Source: Macrostomum lignano (lineage: Eukaryota). From it: DNA of 64,000 nucleotides. Of this stretch, positions 1 to 29,107 are shown one piece after another (positions within the stretch are counted from its first letter, which is position 1; each line of letters opens with the position of its first letter). The position numbers and the translations under genes are program-made. Below the pieces are notes generated by a model. The model ran no database searches, was not told the origin of the DNA, and saw only the letters and a program-made list of their open reading frames with translations. The stretch covers positions 124,001 to 188,000 of the forward strand of contig NIVC01001253.1 in the NCBI GenBank assembly GCA_002269645.1, in the 5' to 3' direction.

Positions 1-908
1 CTGAGGATCTGGGAGGCTGGCTCAGAGACTGAGGATCTGGGAGGCTGGCTCAGCAACTGAGGATCTGGGAGGCTGGCTCAGAGACTGAGGATCTGGGAGG
101 CTGGCCAAGCAACTGAGGATCTGGGAGGCTGGCCAAGCAACTGAGGATCTGGGAGGCTGGCCCAAAGACTGAGGATTTGGGAGGCTGGCCCAGCAAATGA
201 GGATCTGGGAGACTGGCCCAAAGATTGAGGATCTGGGAGGCTGGCCCAAAGACTGAGGATTTGGGGGGCTGGCCTAGCAACTGAGGATCTGGGAGGCTGG
301 CCCAACAAATGAGGATCTGGGAGGCTGGCCCAGAGACTGAGGATCTGGGAGGCTGGCCCAGAGACTGAGGATCTGGGAGGCTGGCCCAGAGACTGAGGAT
401 CTGGGAGGCCCAGCAACTGAGGATCTGGGAGGCTGGCCCAGCAACTGAGGATCTGAGAGGCTCGTGGCCCAGCAACTGAGGATCTGGGAGGCTGGCTCAG
501 CAACTGAGGATCTGGGAGGCTGGCCCAGCAACTGAGGATCTGGGAGGCTGGCCCAGAGACTGAAGATCTGGGAGGCTGGCCCAGCAACTGAGGATCTGGG
601 GGGCTGGCGCAGAGACTGAGGATCTGGGAGTCTGGCCCAGCAACTGAGGATCTGGGGGGCTGGCCCAGAGACTGAGGATCTGGGAGGCTGGCCCAGCAAC
701 TGAGGATCTTGGAGGCTGGCTCAGCAACTGAGGATCTGGGGGGCTGGCCCAGAGACTGAGGATCTGAGAGGCTGGCTCAGCAACTGAGGATCTGGGAGGC
801 TGGCTCAGCAACTGAGGATCTGGGAGGCTGGCCCAGCAACTGAGGATCTGGGAGGCTGACTCAGCAACTGAGGATCTGGGAGGCTGGCCAGAGACTGAGG
901 ATCTGAGA
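1..908. repeat. 28-bp minisatellite (CTGAGGATCTGGGAGGCTGGCCCAGCAA-like), open at window start
   Basis: Period 28 (positions 1 and 29); the source of the overlapping repetitive minus-strand ORFs at 22-973. Confidence 0.95.
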
Positions 909-1914
909 GGCAAAGACCAATTTTCGTCTTGTTCCGTGAAATGTCCAATGCAGCCAAGCCGCTCAATTTTCAATTAAATCACCGCAACTTTAAAGAAAAT
1001 GACGTGGTTAGCCACAGAAACTCAGAAAGCAAAGTGGCAACCATTCTCATAACCAGCATTCAGTTTTAATGCAGATCAAACATTGTGGGAAAAAATCTAC
1101 TCGCATAAGCTGGGGGACACAGTTCTGGGTTCTTAGTTCCCCAGCTTTGCTTTGCAGAGTGAAAGCAAAGAGAGAAAGAGACGACTGGCAAGATCGTGAC
1201 TTTTGATCGATTAGAAGAAGATTCCATTTTCAATAGAGGGTTTATAAAAAAACTAAAGAATTGTAAGGATTAAAGCATATTGAACATTAACTATAAGCGG
1301 CTTTTAAAGAGGCCCCCCATACGCCACGTTCGCTTCTAATAAACGAATTACTTTGTTTAAACCGGGCTTCCGTCACGTTCCCACTCCCAGTCAATTGTTG
1401 TTGCAGCTGATGCGTTGGGGCTTGGGGGTGGCTGGGGATCTGGGAGCGTTCTGATCCCCCTTGGCAGTCGCTTATTTGCCTTGGTCTGTCTTGACAAACC
1501 GAGGGGAAACCAAGATTTGACGCTTCCTATAGCATTAGTGGAACCTACCCAACCTACGCATTTAGTGAATTATATCAGACGAGAGACATCAGAATTGCAT
1601 TGGTGAGGGGGGTGGATTTGCAGTTTTCGAATATAGCTATTTTTTCAAAAGAGAACGTGACTGAAGTTCGAGTTTTTTTCGCTAGGAAGCGTGGCGTTGG
1701 TTATCGGAGATTGAATATTTGACTTGCAAACACATGCTAGGAAATCTTAATGGTGCTATTAAATAGCGGCGATTTTAACTTTCAATTCCTCTTAACTATA
1801 TAGTTACTATAAATTTGTTGTAGAGAGAATACAAACTCTGGGAGACACCCAGACCGGTTAAATAGAGTGAACTATTCTGGGAGCGGTAAATGGAGGCGGA
1901 AATGTTTGAGAGAG

Positions 1915-2420
1915 GAGCGGAAATTAGGGGGCGAGAAAGTGGGGGCGGAAACGGATGAGAGTGGAGAGGAAAATGGGGGCGGAAACGGATGAGAGTGGAG
2001 AGGAAAATGGGGGCGGAAACGGATGAGAGTGGAGCGGAAAATGGGGGCGGAAACGGATGAGAGTAGAAAGGAAAATGGGGGCGGAAATGGATGAGAGTAG
2101 AGGGGAAAATGGGGGCGGAAACGGATGAGAGTGGAGAGGAAAATGGGGGCGGAAATGGATGAGAGTAGAGAGGAAAATGAGGGCGGAAACGGATGAGAGT
2201 GGAGCGGAAAATGAGGGCGGAAACGGATGAGAGTGGAGCGGAAAATGAGGGCGGAAACGGATGAGAGTGGAGAGGAAAATGGGGGCGGAAACGGATGAGA
2301 GTAGAGAGGAAATTGGGGCGGAAACAAATGAGAGTAGAGAGGAAATTGGGGCGGAAACAAATGAGAGTAGAGAGGAAATTGGAGCGGAAACAAATGAGAG
2401 GGAGTAGAAAGCAGGGGTGA
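1915..2420. repeat. 33/34-bp purine-rich minisatellite (GAGGAAAATGGGGGCGGAAACGGATGAGAGTGGA) in protocadherin intron
   Basis: GGAAACGGAT recurs at 1981 and 2015; lies 3' of the predicted splice donor at 2560. Confidence 0.9.
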
Positions 2421-2560
2421 ATTTGTTACAGCGGAAACTAGAAGAAAATTCTTAAAAAGTGCAAGCGCGGATTTAAGGGCGGAAAAAATTGAAGCAAGCA
2501 CGAGGACGAATATCAAATTGGAAAGCAGCAGAAATACTCGACTGTCAACCATCGACTTAC

Positions 2561-5252
2561 CCGACGCTCTCAGACTCGAACCCGCGACCGTCCCCGCAGC
2601 GGCCATGCCGGCTCGCCGCCTGAGCAGGCAGACGGCAAATACGAGCACCACAATGAGCACCCCAGTGGCGATCATCAGGCCGACAATAGCAGTCAAGCTG
2701 GTGGCCTCCGAGTCCAAGTCCGGGTGGCCGCCGCGGCCGCCTTTGGCTCCATTGACGCCGCTTCTGCGACCGCCGCGGCCGCCGCTTGCAGTTCGGCCGC
2801 CGCCGCCGCCTCCTCCGCCTCTGCTGCCTCCTCGGCTGATTCCAACATCTGGCGGCCCGTCCGACACCGACACCAGCAGCACCCGCATGGAGCTCCGAGG
2901 CGGGCTGCCGGCATCGCTGGCTGTCACTTTCAAAGCCAGGCTGCTCTGCCGGCACTCCAGCGACCTGACGAGCAGCAGGTGGCCCTGGCGGGGGTCCAGG
3001 CCGAAGCCCGCCTGCCAGCCGTCCTGGGTCATGTTGTAGCTCACGCTGCCGTTCTCCGCCTCGTCCGGGTCGGTGGCGCTCAGCGTTGCCACGACGGTGT
3101 TGGCAGCCTCGCGGCAGGAGACATTGATGCGGTTGTTGACGCCGCTGGGGAAAGCGAAGCTCGGCGAATTGTCGTTGACGTCGAGCAGGCGGACCTGCAG
3201 CAGCTCCCAGCGCGACTGGCGCCGCGGCCGGCCGTAGTCGTGCGCGGTGACGTTGATCTCGAGCACGGGAGTGAGTTCCCGATCCAGCCGGCTGGTCCGG
3301 GTGAACACGCCGCCGTCTGGCCGGATTTCGAAGTGCAGGCTGGGCGGCAGGATGGCGTAGCCGACTCGACCGTTGTCGCCAATGTCGGCATCGGTGGCTG
3401 TCAGCCGGCCGACGAAGGTGCCAGCCGGTGAGTTCTCCGTCACGCTTAGGTCATGCCGGCCGGTCCACTCCGGCCAGTGGTCGTTGGTGTCTCGGATGAC
3501 GAGTTCCACGCTGGCGTTGGCCCAGTGGGCGCCGTCGGTGACTCGCACCTGGAACCGGTAGCGGTCTTTGCTCTCGCGGTCGAACCGCTGCCGGGACCGG
3601 ATGAGCCCGCTGGACTCGTCAATGCTGACCAGCCGGTCGCCCTCGGGGTCCAGCGAGTATTTCAGCTGGCCAGCCTCGTCGGGGTCGCGAGCGGTTACGC
3701 GGCCGATGTGACTGCCGGGCTCCTGCTCCTCCTCAAGCTCCATGCCGTAGGCCGGCTGCTCAAACACTGGCGGGCTGTCGTTCTCGTCCAGCAGCGTCAC
3801 CCGCAGCTGCTGGCTGGCGGTGCGCGAGGGCCGGCCAGCGTCCGAACAGATCACCGTGTCCGTCACTTGTCGGTCCCGCTCTCTGTCCAGCTCCGACTTG
3901 GTAACCAGCCGGTAGACAGAGAGGCTGTCCTGGCTCTGCTCCAGGTTCAAGGCCAGCTGGGAGGCCTGGGCCAGGCGGCAGGTGACGCGGCTGTTCTCGC
4001 CAGAGTCCCGGTCGGTGGCCATCACATAGCCGACCAGCTCACCGGCGCGACGATTCTCCGAGACGGTCAGCGGCGGGTTTCTCGACGAGGAGACGCCGCC
4101 AGCAGCCGAGGCGATGCCGTTCGCCCGGATGCTGGGAGTTTCGTCATTCTCATCCAGCAGTCGGACGGTGACCAGAGCCTCGGCCTGCTTGGCCGGGAAG
4201 CCCTGGTCTCGAGCAATGACAGGCAGGCGGAAGACGCGTTGCCGCTCAAAGTCCAGGCGGGCAGCTCGGCCGACTCTCAGCTGGCCAGTCACGGCATCCA
4301 GATCGAAGCTCTGCAATGCGAGGCTGTCCGTCTGGGCCTCGTTGAAGCGGTAGACGATGCGCCCGTTTTGACCCGCGTCGGCATCCTTGGCGTGCAGCTG
4401 GGTGACTAAGTAGCCAGCCGGGGCGGCCTCAGAGATGTTGAACTCCAGCTCAGAGCTGGTCCACTCCGGTTGGTTATCGTTCTCGTCTCGAACGGTGACA
4501 GTGAAGGTCAGGGTGCCGGTCTTAGGCGGTTCGCCAGCGTCCGTTGCGACCAGGACGAGTCGGTAGGCGGCGCGAGTCTCCCGATCGAGCGGCCTCCGCA
4601 GAAGCAGACTGACCCGCACCGGCTCAGCGACGTCCTTAGCCGTTAGCCGACGCGGTTCAACGTCGAACACGCTGACAGCGTCGTCGTCAGAGGCGGCATC
4701 GGCTGGCAAGGCGAGGCGAAACTTCCGCAGGCCAAACCTTGGCGAGTCGCGGTCCAGCACAAGGAACGGCAGGCTGACGCTGGTCCGGTTGACCTCAGCC
4801 AACTCGCTGACTTCCACCTGACGATTGACCACGCGAAACTCCGGCTGGTGATTGTTCTGCGCCTGCAGCTCCAGGCGGAGGGTGAGCAGCTGGGCCGGGC
4901 GGCCGCGCCACTGAGCGTGCACCATGACTGACAGCTCGCACTGTGACTCGCACGGCCGTCCGATGGCCCGAGCGATGATGTCGCGGTCAATCTGGCGTCG
5001 AGTTTTCACCACCCCGGAGCTCGAATCCAGGCTGAGCAGTTGCCCGTCTGTCTGTTCGTTGAGCATGAAAAATCGCTCGATGTCGCCTGGTTGAGCTTTC
5101 AGTCGGTTGGCCAAATTGACCACCTGGGTGCCGGGCGGGGAGCCTTCAGGTAGAGTCACCGTCACGTCTGGAGATGGCGCTGAGGCGCTGAGCATCAGAG
5201 GCAGCAGCAGTAGCAGCATCAGACTCGACAGGTGCGATATTCTGGCGACCAT
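2561..5252 (-). CDS. Protocadherin (delta-1-like architecture): signal peptide, 7 cadherin repeats, Gly-rich linker, TM; first coding exon, later exons not located
   Basis: Hydrophobic signal peptide MVARISHLSSLMLLLLLPLML. Repeated Ca-binding motifs (LDRE/LDFE, AxDxG, DENDNQP, DENDETP, DENDSPP, DTNDHWP, DVNDNSP). TM LTAIVGLMIATGVLIVVLVFAVCLL followed by RRR. Minus-strand donor G|GTAAGT at 2561/2560 and acceptor CTACAG| just upstream of the ATG (exon starts 5261). Confidence 0.93.
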
Positions 5253-6324
5253 CTTGTCACACTGTAGACAGAGAGAAAGATGAGGAAAGCTGAGCTGTTG
5301 TGGTGTCTTAAATAAGGCGATGCGTGGCGCCTCTCTCTCCCCTCCTGCAGTATTTTATTCTGCCTGTCAGTCACTTGGCAGCTGGCACGCAGCTCTGCAT
5401 TACCCAGCTCACTAACTTTCTCAAGCTGCCAATCTAATCCTGAGCAGCGTCTCACATTTTGATTTCCAATTTCTCTCAGCGATCTGAGCTAAGCAGGAAA
5501 AAACCTTGTCCATCTCACAGAGTATAGGAATAGAAAATTTTCATCAGAGAAATTGTTGCGGTAAGGAGTCTGTAATATCGGAGCTCCAGCTTCAACTGAC
5601 AGCCAATATTTCCTAACTGACTGACTTTATCGCGTCAAAGTTTTTTTCTATTTATTGATTTTCATATCGTAGCTACTAATACAGTAAAGACTTGCATGTA
5701 ATCTGACTTTATGCCTCATCATTATATAACATCGTCATCTAGCTGTGGGAATTTCTCCAATTACGTTATGGCCGATTCATTCGGGGCAGTATGTGTGCTC
5801 ACAAGCTGTATCCATTCCCCGTAACCACCCCGTTGATTACGCAAGCGATATGCAGCTATAGTAGGAGAAAAAACCTGCATGAGGTTTCCTTGAGACGCAA
5901 GAAAAAAATCTGAAGAAGACGACCCAGGCCTTAAGCTGTAGGGTCAGCCGCCCAGCTCGTGTCTGTCTTCTTAGCGATTTTGAAAACTGACCCACGCCAG
6001 GCTCCCGAGGGCCTGTGATGAATAATTAACGGATGAAGCTTCTGACGCCGAGCTTCACTCAGTTTGATTGCTGCTCAGCGAATCCGCGAGGGAGAGAGAG
6101 AGAGAGAGTTCAATCTGTTAGCTGGTTTTCGGTTGTGTGTCTCCAGCCCGACACTCCTTTGGGAAATTTTGTCTTTTTATTTACTTATATATAAACCGTC
6201 TTAATATTATAGTGGAGATTTTGTATTGATACGAGTATGATAATATGCTGCTGGTGGGGTTCAAAACTGTATGACCATGTTGAACAAAGACTGCTTGTTC
6301 TAACTGATTTCCAACCTGTTTGAA

Positions 6325-8000
6325 TCCTGTGCTGATTTTGAAATTGGATTTGGCGCCACCTCTGATTCCTGTATTGGATTTGGCGCCACCTCTGATTCCT
6401 GTATTGGATTTGGCGCCACCTCTGATTCCTGTATTTGATTTGGCGCCACCTCTGATTCCTGTATTTGATTTGGCGCCACCTCTGATTCCTGTATTTGATT
6501 TGGCGCCACCTCTGATTCTCGTATTGGATTTGGCGCCTTCACCATCTGATTCTCATATTGGATTTGGCGCCTTCACCATCTGATTCTCGTATTGGATTTG
6601 GCGCCTTCACCAACTGATTCTCGTATTGGATTTGGCACCTTCACCAACTGATTCTCATATTGGATTTGGCGCCTTCACCAACTGATTCTCATATTGGATT
6701 TGGCGTCTTCACCAACTGATTCTCATATTGGATTTAGCGCCTTCACCAACTGATTCTCATATTGGATTTGGCGCCTTCACCATCTGATTCTCATATTGGA
6801 TTTGGCGCCTTCACCATCTGATTCTCATATTGGATTTGGCGCCTTCACCATCTGATTCTCATATTGGATTTGGCGCCTTCACCATCTAATTCTCATATTG
6901 GATTTAGCGCTTACACCATCTGATTCTTATATTGGATTTGGCGCCTACACCATCTGATTCTCATATTGCATTTGGCGCCTCCACCATCTGATTCTCGTAT
7001 TGGATTTGGCGCCTTCACCATCTGATTCTCATATTGGATTTGGCGCCTTCACCATCTGATTCTCGTATTGGATTTGGCGCCTTCACCAACTGATTCTCAT
7101 ATTGGATTTGGCGCCTTCACCAACTGATTCTCATATTGGATTTGGCGCCTTCACCAACTGATTCTCATATTGGATTTAGCGCCTTCACCAACTGATTCTC
7201 ATATTGGATTTGGCGCCTTCACCATCTGATTCTCATATTGGATTTGGGGCCTTCACCATCTGATTCTCATATTGGATTTGGGGCCTTCACCATCTGATTC
7301 TCATATTGGATTTGGCGCCTTCACCATCTAATTCTCATATTGGATTTAGCGCTTACACCATCTGATTCTCATATTGGATTTGGCGCCTACACCATCTGAT
7401 TCTCATATTGCATTTGGCGCCTCCACCATCTGATTCTCGTATTGGATTTGGCGCCTCCACCATCTGATTCTCATATTGGATTTGGCGCCTTTGCCATCTG
7501 ATTCTCATATTGGATTTGGCGCCTTTACCGTCTGATTCTCATATTGGATTTGGCGCCTTCACCAACTGATTCTCATATTGGATTTAGCGCCTTCACCAAC
7601 TGATTCTCATATTGGATTTAGCGCCTTCACCAACTGATTCTCATATTGGATTTAGCGCCTTCACCAACTGATTCTCATATTGGATTTAGCGCCTTCACCA
7701 ACTGATTCTCATATTGGATTTAGCGCCTTCACCAACTGATTCTCATAATGGATTTAGCGCCTTCACCAACTGATTCTCATAATGGATTTAGCGCCTTAAC
7801 CAACTGATTCTCATATTGGATTTGGCGCCTTCACCAACTGATTCTCATATTGGATTTGGCGCCTTCACCATCTGATTCTCATATTGGATTTGGCGTCTTC
7901 ACCATCTGATTCTCATATTGGATTTAGCGCCTTTGCCATCTGATTCTCATATTGGATTTGGCGTCTTCACCATCTGATTCTCATATTGGATTTGGCGCCC
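6325..8000. repeat. 30-bp to 34-bp minisatellite (TTGGATTTGGCGCCTTCACCATCTGATTCTCATA)
   Basis: About 6 units of 30 bp to ~6530, then period 34 (ACCATC at 6541 and 6575). Confidence 0.95.
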
Positions 8001-8699
8001 TTCTTTATCTGTCAAAATATTTTCATTTAAGTCTTCATTTTAATACCGGTATTTATGCAGCAATTTATGATAAAAATTTTAAGAATAAAAATGAATTATA
8101 AGATTAGACTGACTTACCTTATGCTCTGAATAATTTTAACCAAACTCGTTTTGTTAATCAGCCCAGCGGTCCATATGATTCAAAATTCTGCAATATTATT
8201 GCGTTTAGTTAGATTACAAGGTTCGAGTCAGTTCTCTTGATTTTCTAGTGAAAAGCCTCTTTAAACTTGACAGGTTTGCAGTCTGTGGAGTTGCCCTGTT
8301 GCTCGAACTGCCACCAACCAATGGGAGTAAAGTGTTCGACTGGTCAGTCTCTCATTGGCTGTTGCTGGCCTCCCAAATGAACTGACGCAGTTTCCTTTCT
8401 ATAGGGACTTCTATAGTCAAGATTAACCAAATTATCAAGACAGAACTCGCGGGTTGTAACTCGATAAGTTTGACTTAATTAGTCAGATGCCTAATTAAAA
8501 ATGCAAATTCTTGTTTTCATTCCGACAGACCGAACAGACAAGAGATCTGGACACATCGTTTGTGCGACTTTGTATGGAGAGGGTAGATCAGAGAGTAGAT
8601 GCTATTCAGTTCAAATCTGATACTCGTAGTGCAGAGGCTTGCGATCGAATTCAGCGACTTGTTAGATAGATGATTGGAGGGGTGTTAAAGAGGAGATTG

Positions 8700-8945
8700 G
8701 AGATTGGGTAGAGGGCATGCAGACGATAGATGCGAGAGGGGGAAGAGGAGAGGGAAGAGAGGATAGGGAGAGAGGAGAGGGGAGAGAGAAGAGGGAAGAG
8801 AGAGAGAGGGGAGAGAAGAGAGAGGAGAGGGGAGAGAAGAGAGAGGAGATGAGGGGAGAGAGGAAAGGGGAGAGAGGAGAGAAGAGAGAGGAGATAGGAG
8901 AGAAGAGAAGGGAGAGAGGAGAGTGGGAAGGGTGGAAGGAAAAGC
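8700..8945. repeat. GA-rich low-complexity purine tract
   Basis: Almost exclusively G/A; yields spurious LSP/ER-type ORFs. Confidence 0.85.
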
Positions 8946-11179
8946 AGGTGATACGAAAGCAATACATTTATGGCAACCTAAGTCACGTATATGACGATAA
9001 TTCAAACCCAGCTAATATAGGAATTCCTAGAAATACCCCGTTGGTAAAATGCCAGCTATACAGTGTAGAGACGAAATTGCTGTTAAAAACGTAGGTCCCC
9101 ATGCGGAATTCGGTGACATTTCGCGGCTATAAGATTGGGAAACCATGCACTGTTTGATCGACTCTCTGTTGAGGGGAATAAAAACCTGCTGGAGGCTTAG
9201 CCTAGGGAAGGGGGAGAAAGCGAACAAGGGGGATTCCTCGTATATAAACTGACTGATTACCAACTTTCCCTACCAAAGCACCAAACGCCATCCTGCACAC
9301 CCGGCCGGCAGCAGGGCCCTACTAATACTGCAGCTCTCGATTTCAATGCCATAAACATGTCAGAAATGTCACAGATAACCAACATAGCAATTGCGGAGGA
9401 CAAGCTGCGCATCGGGGGGCTAAAAGTGCAGCACCTAATTCAGAAAAATAAATGAAGAAGAACCGCATGCAGACTTTCAGCGGAAATGTTTCTGTGAAAA
9501 ATAGATGCAGCCTCTGAAATTTGTCGCATTCACAGCGATTAATTCGTGGTTTGTTGATTGTTTGCTGCCGCTGTCGCTGAATTTTCGCTGGCTGTGTTTT
9601 GTACCGAATTTGGATACAAATACATTTGACTCCACTTACACACACGGGGTATACTAAGGCAATGTAATAGATGATTCATTGCGCCATGTAGCTGCTTTGG
9701 GGCTTTCTCCGGTTTCTGGCTCGTGCCAATACTGTCGAATGTAGCAATGATAGGGGCTTGTAATATTACTGAAAGAGTTATAATCAACAAATTATGGATA
9801 GAACTGACTATTAAGGAATCAAACAAGGTGCATAAGCAGGTGTCATTACTGATGCCACCCGGAAGTTTATGGATAAATTCTGGTGCAAAAATGCACTCAT
9901 GAAAAATTGCTTCTTAGCCAATACTTTCAAATAAAGAAAAGTATTCCCCGAAGCTCAGATCACATTCCGTACGTTTTTCTGAAAGACAGGCTCGGATAAA
10001 TATTTTCATAAAAAGCGTATATGTTCGTATTTTGGTAAATGCGAATCTATGCATGCCCATGAGGGAGAAAATTACCAAAATGTATACAGAAACCGGTATT
10101 TTAATCCACCTTTAAAATTCGAAATTAGGTTTTCTAAATATTTAGAATTTAAATTATTAGTAGTTTATTAAAGTAGTACCAATCTGACAGTTAGCTATTT
10201 TTTGTTATTCGACACCGTAGCTAAGTAACTTTTAGGCGTACTATTTTAGTTTCTGCTAAAAAATCTGATTTTGAGTTTATTACAAACGTCCAGTACTGTT
10301 TACTTCCTTACCACGTTTTGATAATGTATGCCAATCAAGAGTATTATTTTTATAGCATCCTACCTTTTAATAACTATTTATTTTATAGCATAGAATACAT
10401 AGCAAGGAAGGCGAAAGGCTTTGAGTAAAATTAAAATGCCATAATACACAGATATTGTACTTGTACTATTCGTGCAGTGATTACTTGATGCACGGAAGTA
10501 GTTTACCATTATAGCTTCGTTTTTACCATCCATTAAATTCAGAACTAGATAAAATAGGCTACCAAGATTTGATTAGATTTTTTGGACTGAGTATATTTTC
10601 ATATTAATGTTGTTATTGTTTCCTTTTATGTCGGGCATTTCATTTGACTTAGCTCGAATTTTATTGACATAAAATTCAAGTAGATGAGGATAGTAATATT
10701 ACTTTTAGTCTAAACTATCTTCAAAAAATAATTTATTTTGTATATTACAGGATTTTTTATGGTTTTTAAGTTATTATAGTTTAGAGAATTTGCATAGATG
10801 ACAATTATCATTACTTACTATGACATTTTGTACCAGTTTGGCATGATGTCCATTGTTTTAAGAATATGCATAATATAGTTTAAAAAAGTTTGTGAAATTG
10901 TTTAAATTACCAATAGTAACTAAGCAAACAGAATACTCATAATTTATAATGATTATGATAATAATTTGAAGTAGATTTATAAAAACGAAAAAAATTGTCA
11001 ATAAAATTGAATACTTTCATAAAATGAGCAAGTTTTATATTTGATTACATATAAAATAGGTTATAAAAAGACTAATTCATACAATAAATTTTCTTGATAA
11101 ACTTTCTAATACAGAGTGACTTGAGTAATATTAAAATAATTCAGCATTTAGCAAAATTATTTTTTTCCAGCCTGAAAAC

Positions 11180-26146
<14,967 letters not shown>

Positions 26147-26649
26147 AGCAGCACTGCAGGACGTTCAATGAGACATTGCGTTAGCGACCTTTCAAATACC
26201 AATAATTGGAGCAAGCTTGGATCTTTGTTTTATCTGTACTTTTTCCTTTTTCACGACATTGTGATGGAGAGATCTTCAACTGAGGCGTTACCTGTATCAC
26301 CTGTGCCTTAATCAACTCTGGCAGATTGTACCTGTAAAGTTGAAACTGCATGCTTTTTTCTGTTTTTTCTGCTTTTTCACTGCATGAAACTTTTCCTACC
26401 AGTAAACGAAATGTTCAATTTATTGTTTCAACTATTTTGAATCGTTTACGAGTAATTTCACTGCTGATGAGGACACGGAACTGAAGGACAAACGAAATTT
26501 ATTATTGTTTTTTATTTTGTAGCTCAAGTATAAAGATATATGCTCGTACCATGTGAGTGAACCTCCAACAGACCCATCCAAGGGCCTTAAGTATCGTTAA
26601 TATCAAAGTAGTTCTTGAACCAATTCTGAGATCTGAGACTTACACACCA

Positions 26650-27325
26650 AGTGACTATTGATGAGTCCAAGAGTGACCATTGATGAGTTCAATTAGAGTG
26701 ACCATTGATGAGCTCAAGAGTGACCATTGATGAGTTCAAGAGTGACCATTGATGAGTTCAGGAGTGACCATTGATGGGTTCAAGAGTGACCATTGATGAG
26801 CTCAAGAGTGACCATTGATGAGTTCAAGAGTGACCATTGATGGGTTCAAGAGTGACCATTGATGAGTTCAATTAGAGTGACCATTGATGAGCTCAAGAGT
26901 GACCATTGATGAGTTCAAGAGTGACCATTGATGAGTTCAAGAGTGACCATTGATGAGTCCAAGAGTGACCATTGATGAGCTCAAGAGTGACCATTGATGA
27001 GTTCAAGAGTGACCATTGATGAGTCCAAGAGTGACCATTGATGAGCTCAAGAGTGACCATTGATGAGTTCAAGAGTGACCATTGATGGGTTCAAGAGTGA
27101 CCATTGATGAGTTCAATTAGAGTGACCATTGATGAGCTCAAGAGTGACCATTGATGAGTTCAAGAGTGACCATTGATGAGTTCAAGAGTGACCATTGATG
27201 AGTCCAAGAGTGACCATTGATGAGCTCAAGAGTGACCATTGATGAGTTCAAGAGTGACCATTGATGAGTCCAAGAGTGACCATTGATGCGTTCAAGAGTG
27301 ATTATTGATGAATTCAAGAGTGACC
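26650..27325. repeat. 22-bp minisatellite (GAGTGACCATTGATGAGTTCAA)
   Basis: Period 22 (26701 and 26723). Confidence 0.95.
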
Positions 27326-27399
27326 TGAGCCCTGGTGAAAAACCGGTCTTCAATGGACTTTGAGAAGATGACTCACTCGATCCGACTGAGCATAAGCAT

Positions 27400-28405
27400 G
27401 ACCTGAGCACTAGCTGTGATCTGTCACTCTGGGCTGGGACCTGAGCACTGTGATCTGTCACTCTGGACTGGGACCTGAGCACTGTGATCTGTCACTCTGG
27501 GCTGGGACCTGAGCACTGTGATCTGTCACTCTGGGCTGGGACCTGAGCACTGTGATCTGTCACTCTGGACTGGGACCTGAGCACTGTGATCTGTCACTCT
27601 GGGCTCGGACCTGAGCACTGTGATCTGTCACTCTGGGACTGGGACCTGAGCACTGTGATCTGTCACTCTAGGCTAGGACCTGAGCACTGTGATCTGTCAC
27701 TCTGGGCTGGGACCTGAGCACTGTGATCTGTCACTCTGGGCTCGGACCTGAGCACTGTGATCTGTCACTCTGGGACTGGGACCTGAGCACTGTGATCTGT
27801 CACTCTAGGCTAGGACCTGAGCACTGTGATCTGTCACTCTGGGCTGGGACCTGAGCACTGTGATCTGTCACTCTGGGCTGGGACCTGAGCACTGTGATCT
27901 GTCACTCTGGGCTGGGACCTGAGCACTGTGATCTGTCACTCTGGGCTGGGACCTGAGCACTGTGATCTGTCACTCTGGGACTGGGACCTGAGCACTGTGA
28001 TCTGTCACTCTGGGCTGGGACCTGAGCACTGTGATCTGTCACTCTGGGTTGGGACCTGAGCACTGTGATCTGTCACTCTGGGACTGGGACCTGAGCACTG
28101 TGATCTGTCACTCTGGGCTGGGACCTGAGCACTGTGATCTGTCACTCTGGGCTCGGACCTGAGCACTGTGATCTTCACTCTGGGACTGGGACCTGAGCAC
28201 TGTGATCTGTCACTCTAGGCTAGGACCTGAGCACTGTGATCTGTCACTCTGGGCTGGGACCTGAGCACTGTGATCTGTCACTCTAGGCTAGGACCTGAGC
28301 ACTGTGATCTGTCACTTTTGTCTGGGACCTGAGCACTGTGATCTGTCACTCTGGACTGGGACCTGAGCACTGTGATCTGTCACTCTGGGCTGGGACCTGA
28401 GCACT
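27400..28405. repeat. 34/35-bp minisatellite (GGGACCTGAGCACTGTGATCTGTCACTCTGGGCT)
   Basis: Period 34 (27481 and 27515). Confidence 0.95.
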
Positions 28406-29107
28406 TGGGTGTCGGGCGAAGACGAACGTCACAGGTCCTGGACACCACCAGACGCCATTACACTGTCGGGTGCCATCTTAACGGCATCAACGTGAAGGCC
28501 CCTACAGCGCACCTGAGCCCTTTCTCTCAATTCGCACTGGAAGGAGTGGCGGGTCGGCAGTGACGGTGAGACAGAGAGAGAGGGGCAGAGAGCCGAGCTG
28601 CTTGCCAACCAACTGGCTGAAGCTGCGGCAGTTGAGATGCCGTGCAGCGGCAGAGTGGGAGAGAAAAACTCACCAAGGCGGTTTAACAAGGCACTTTCCT
28701 GTGCACCCGAGCCGCCTCACCCAACTGATGCGATTTCAAGCCATTCATTGTTTTGCTTTGAACAGACCAAAACACACTGAGTACAGGTGAGGGACTGAGC
28801 AGCATTTCAAACCGCTCAGTGGGCCATTAAATGCATTCAAATATCTCAGACTGCACTGAGGCACAATGGGTCAGCTCAGCCTCATCAAGTACAGCTTGGG
28901 GTGGCCGCTGCAGCCGCAGCCTCTCCGTTGCCATGCTGGGTGCACAGAAGCAAAAGCGGTGAACTCAGCGCTCATGCTCGGGAGAGAAGTTTCGGTTGCT
29001 AAGGCCGGGGTGGTCGGCCTCGCCAGAGGCTGCAAAAGGGCGGGCAGTTGAGAGATGAGGCGGTAAAGGCTTTCTGGCAACCGGCTGCACAAACCTTTGA
29101 AACACCT

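Noticed and set aside
1872-2560. C-terminal ~230 aa of the 1126-aa ORF (FPLYSHPFPP repeats)
   Set aside because: Read-through into the intron beyond the G|GTAAGT donor at 2560; the translation comes from a 33/34-bp minisatellite.
28372-29100. GC-rich unique segment upstream of copy 1 as a coding exon
   Set aside because: Short ORFs in several frames with no recognisable motif, no counterpart upstream of copy 2, and no consistent splice chain.
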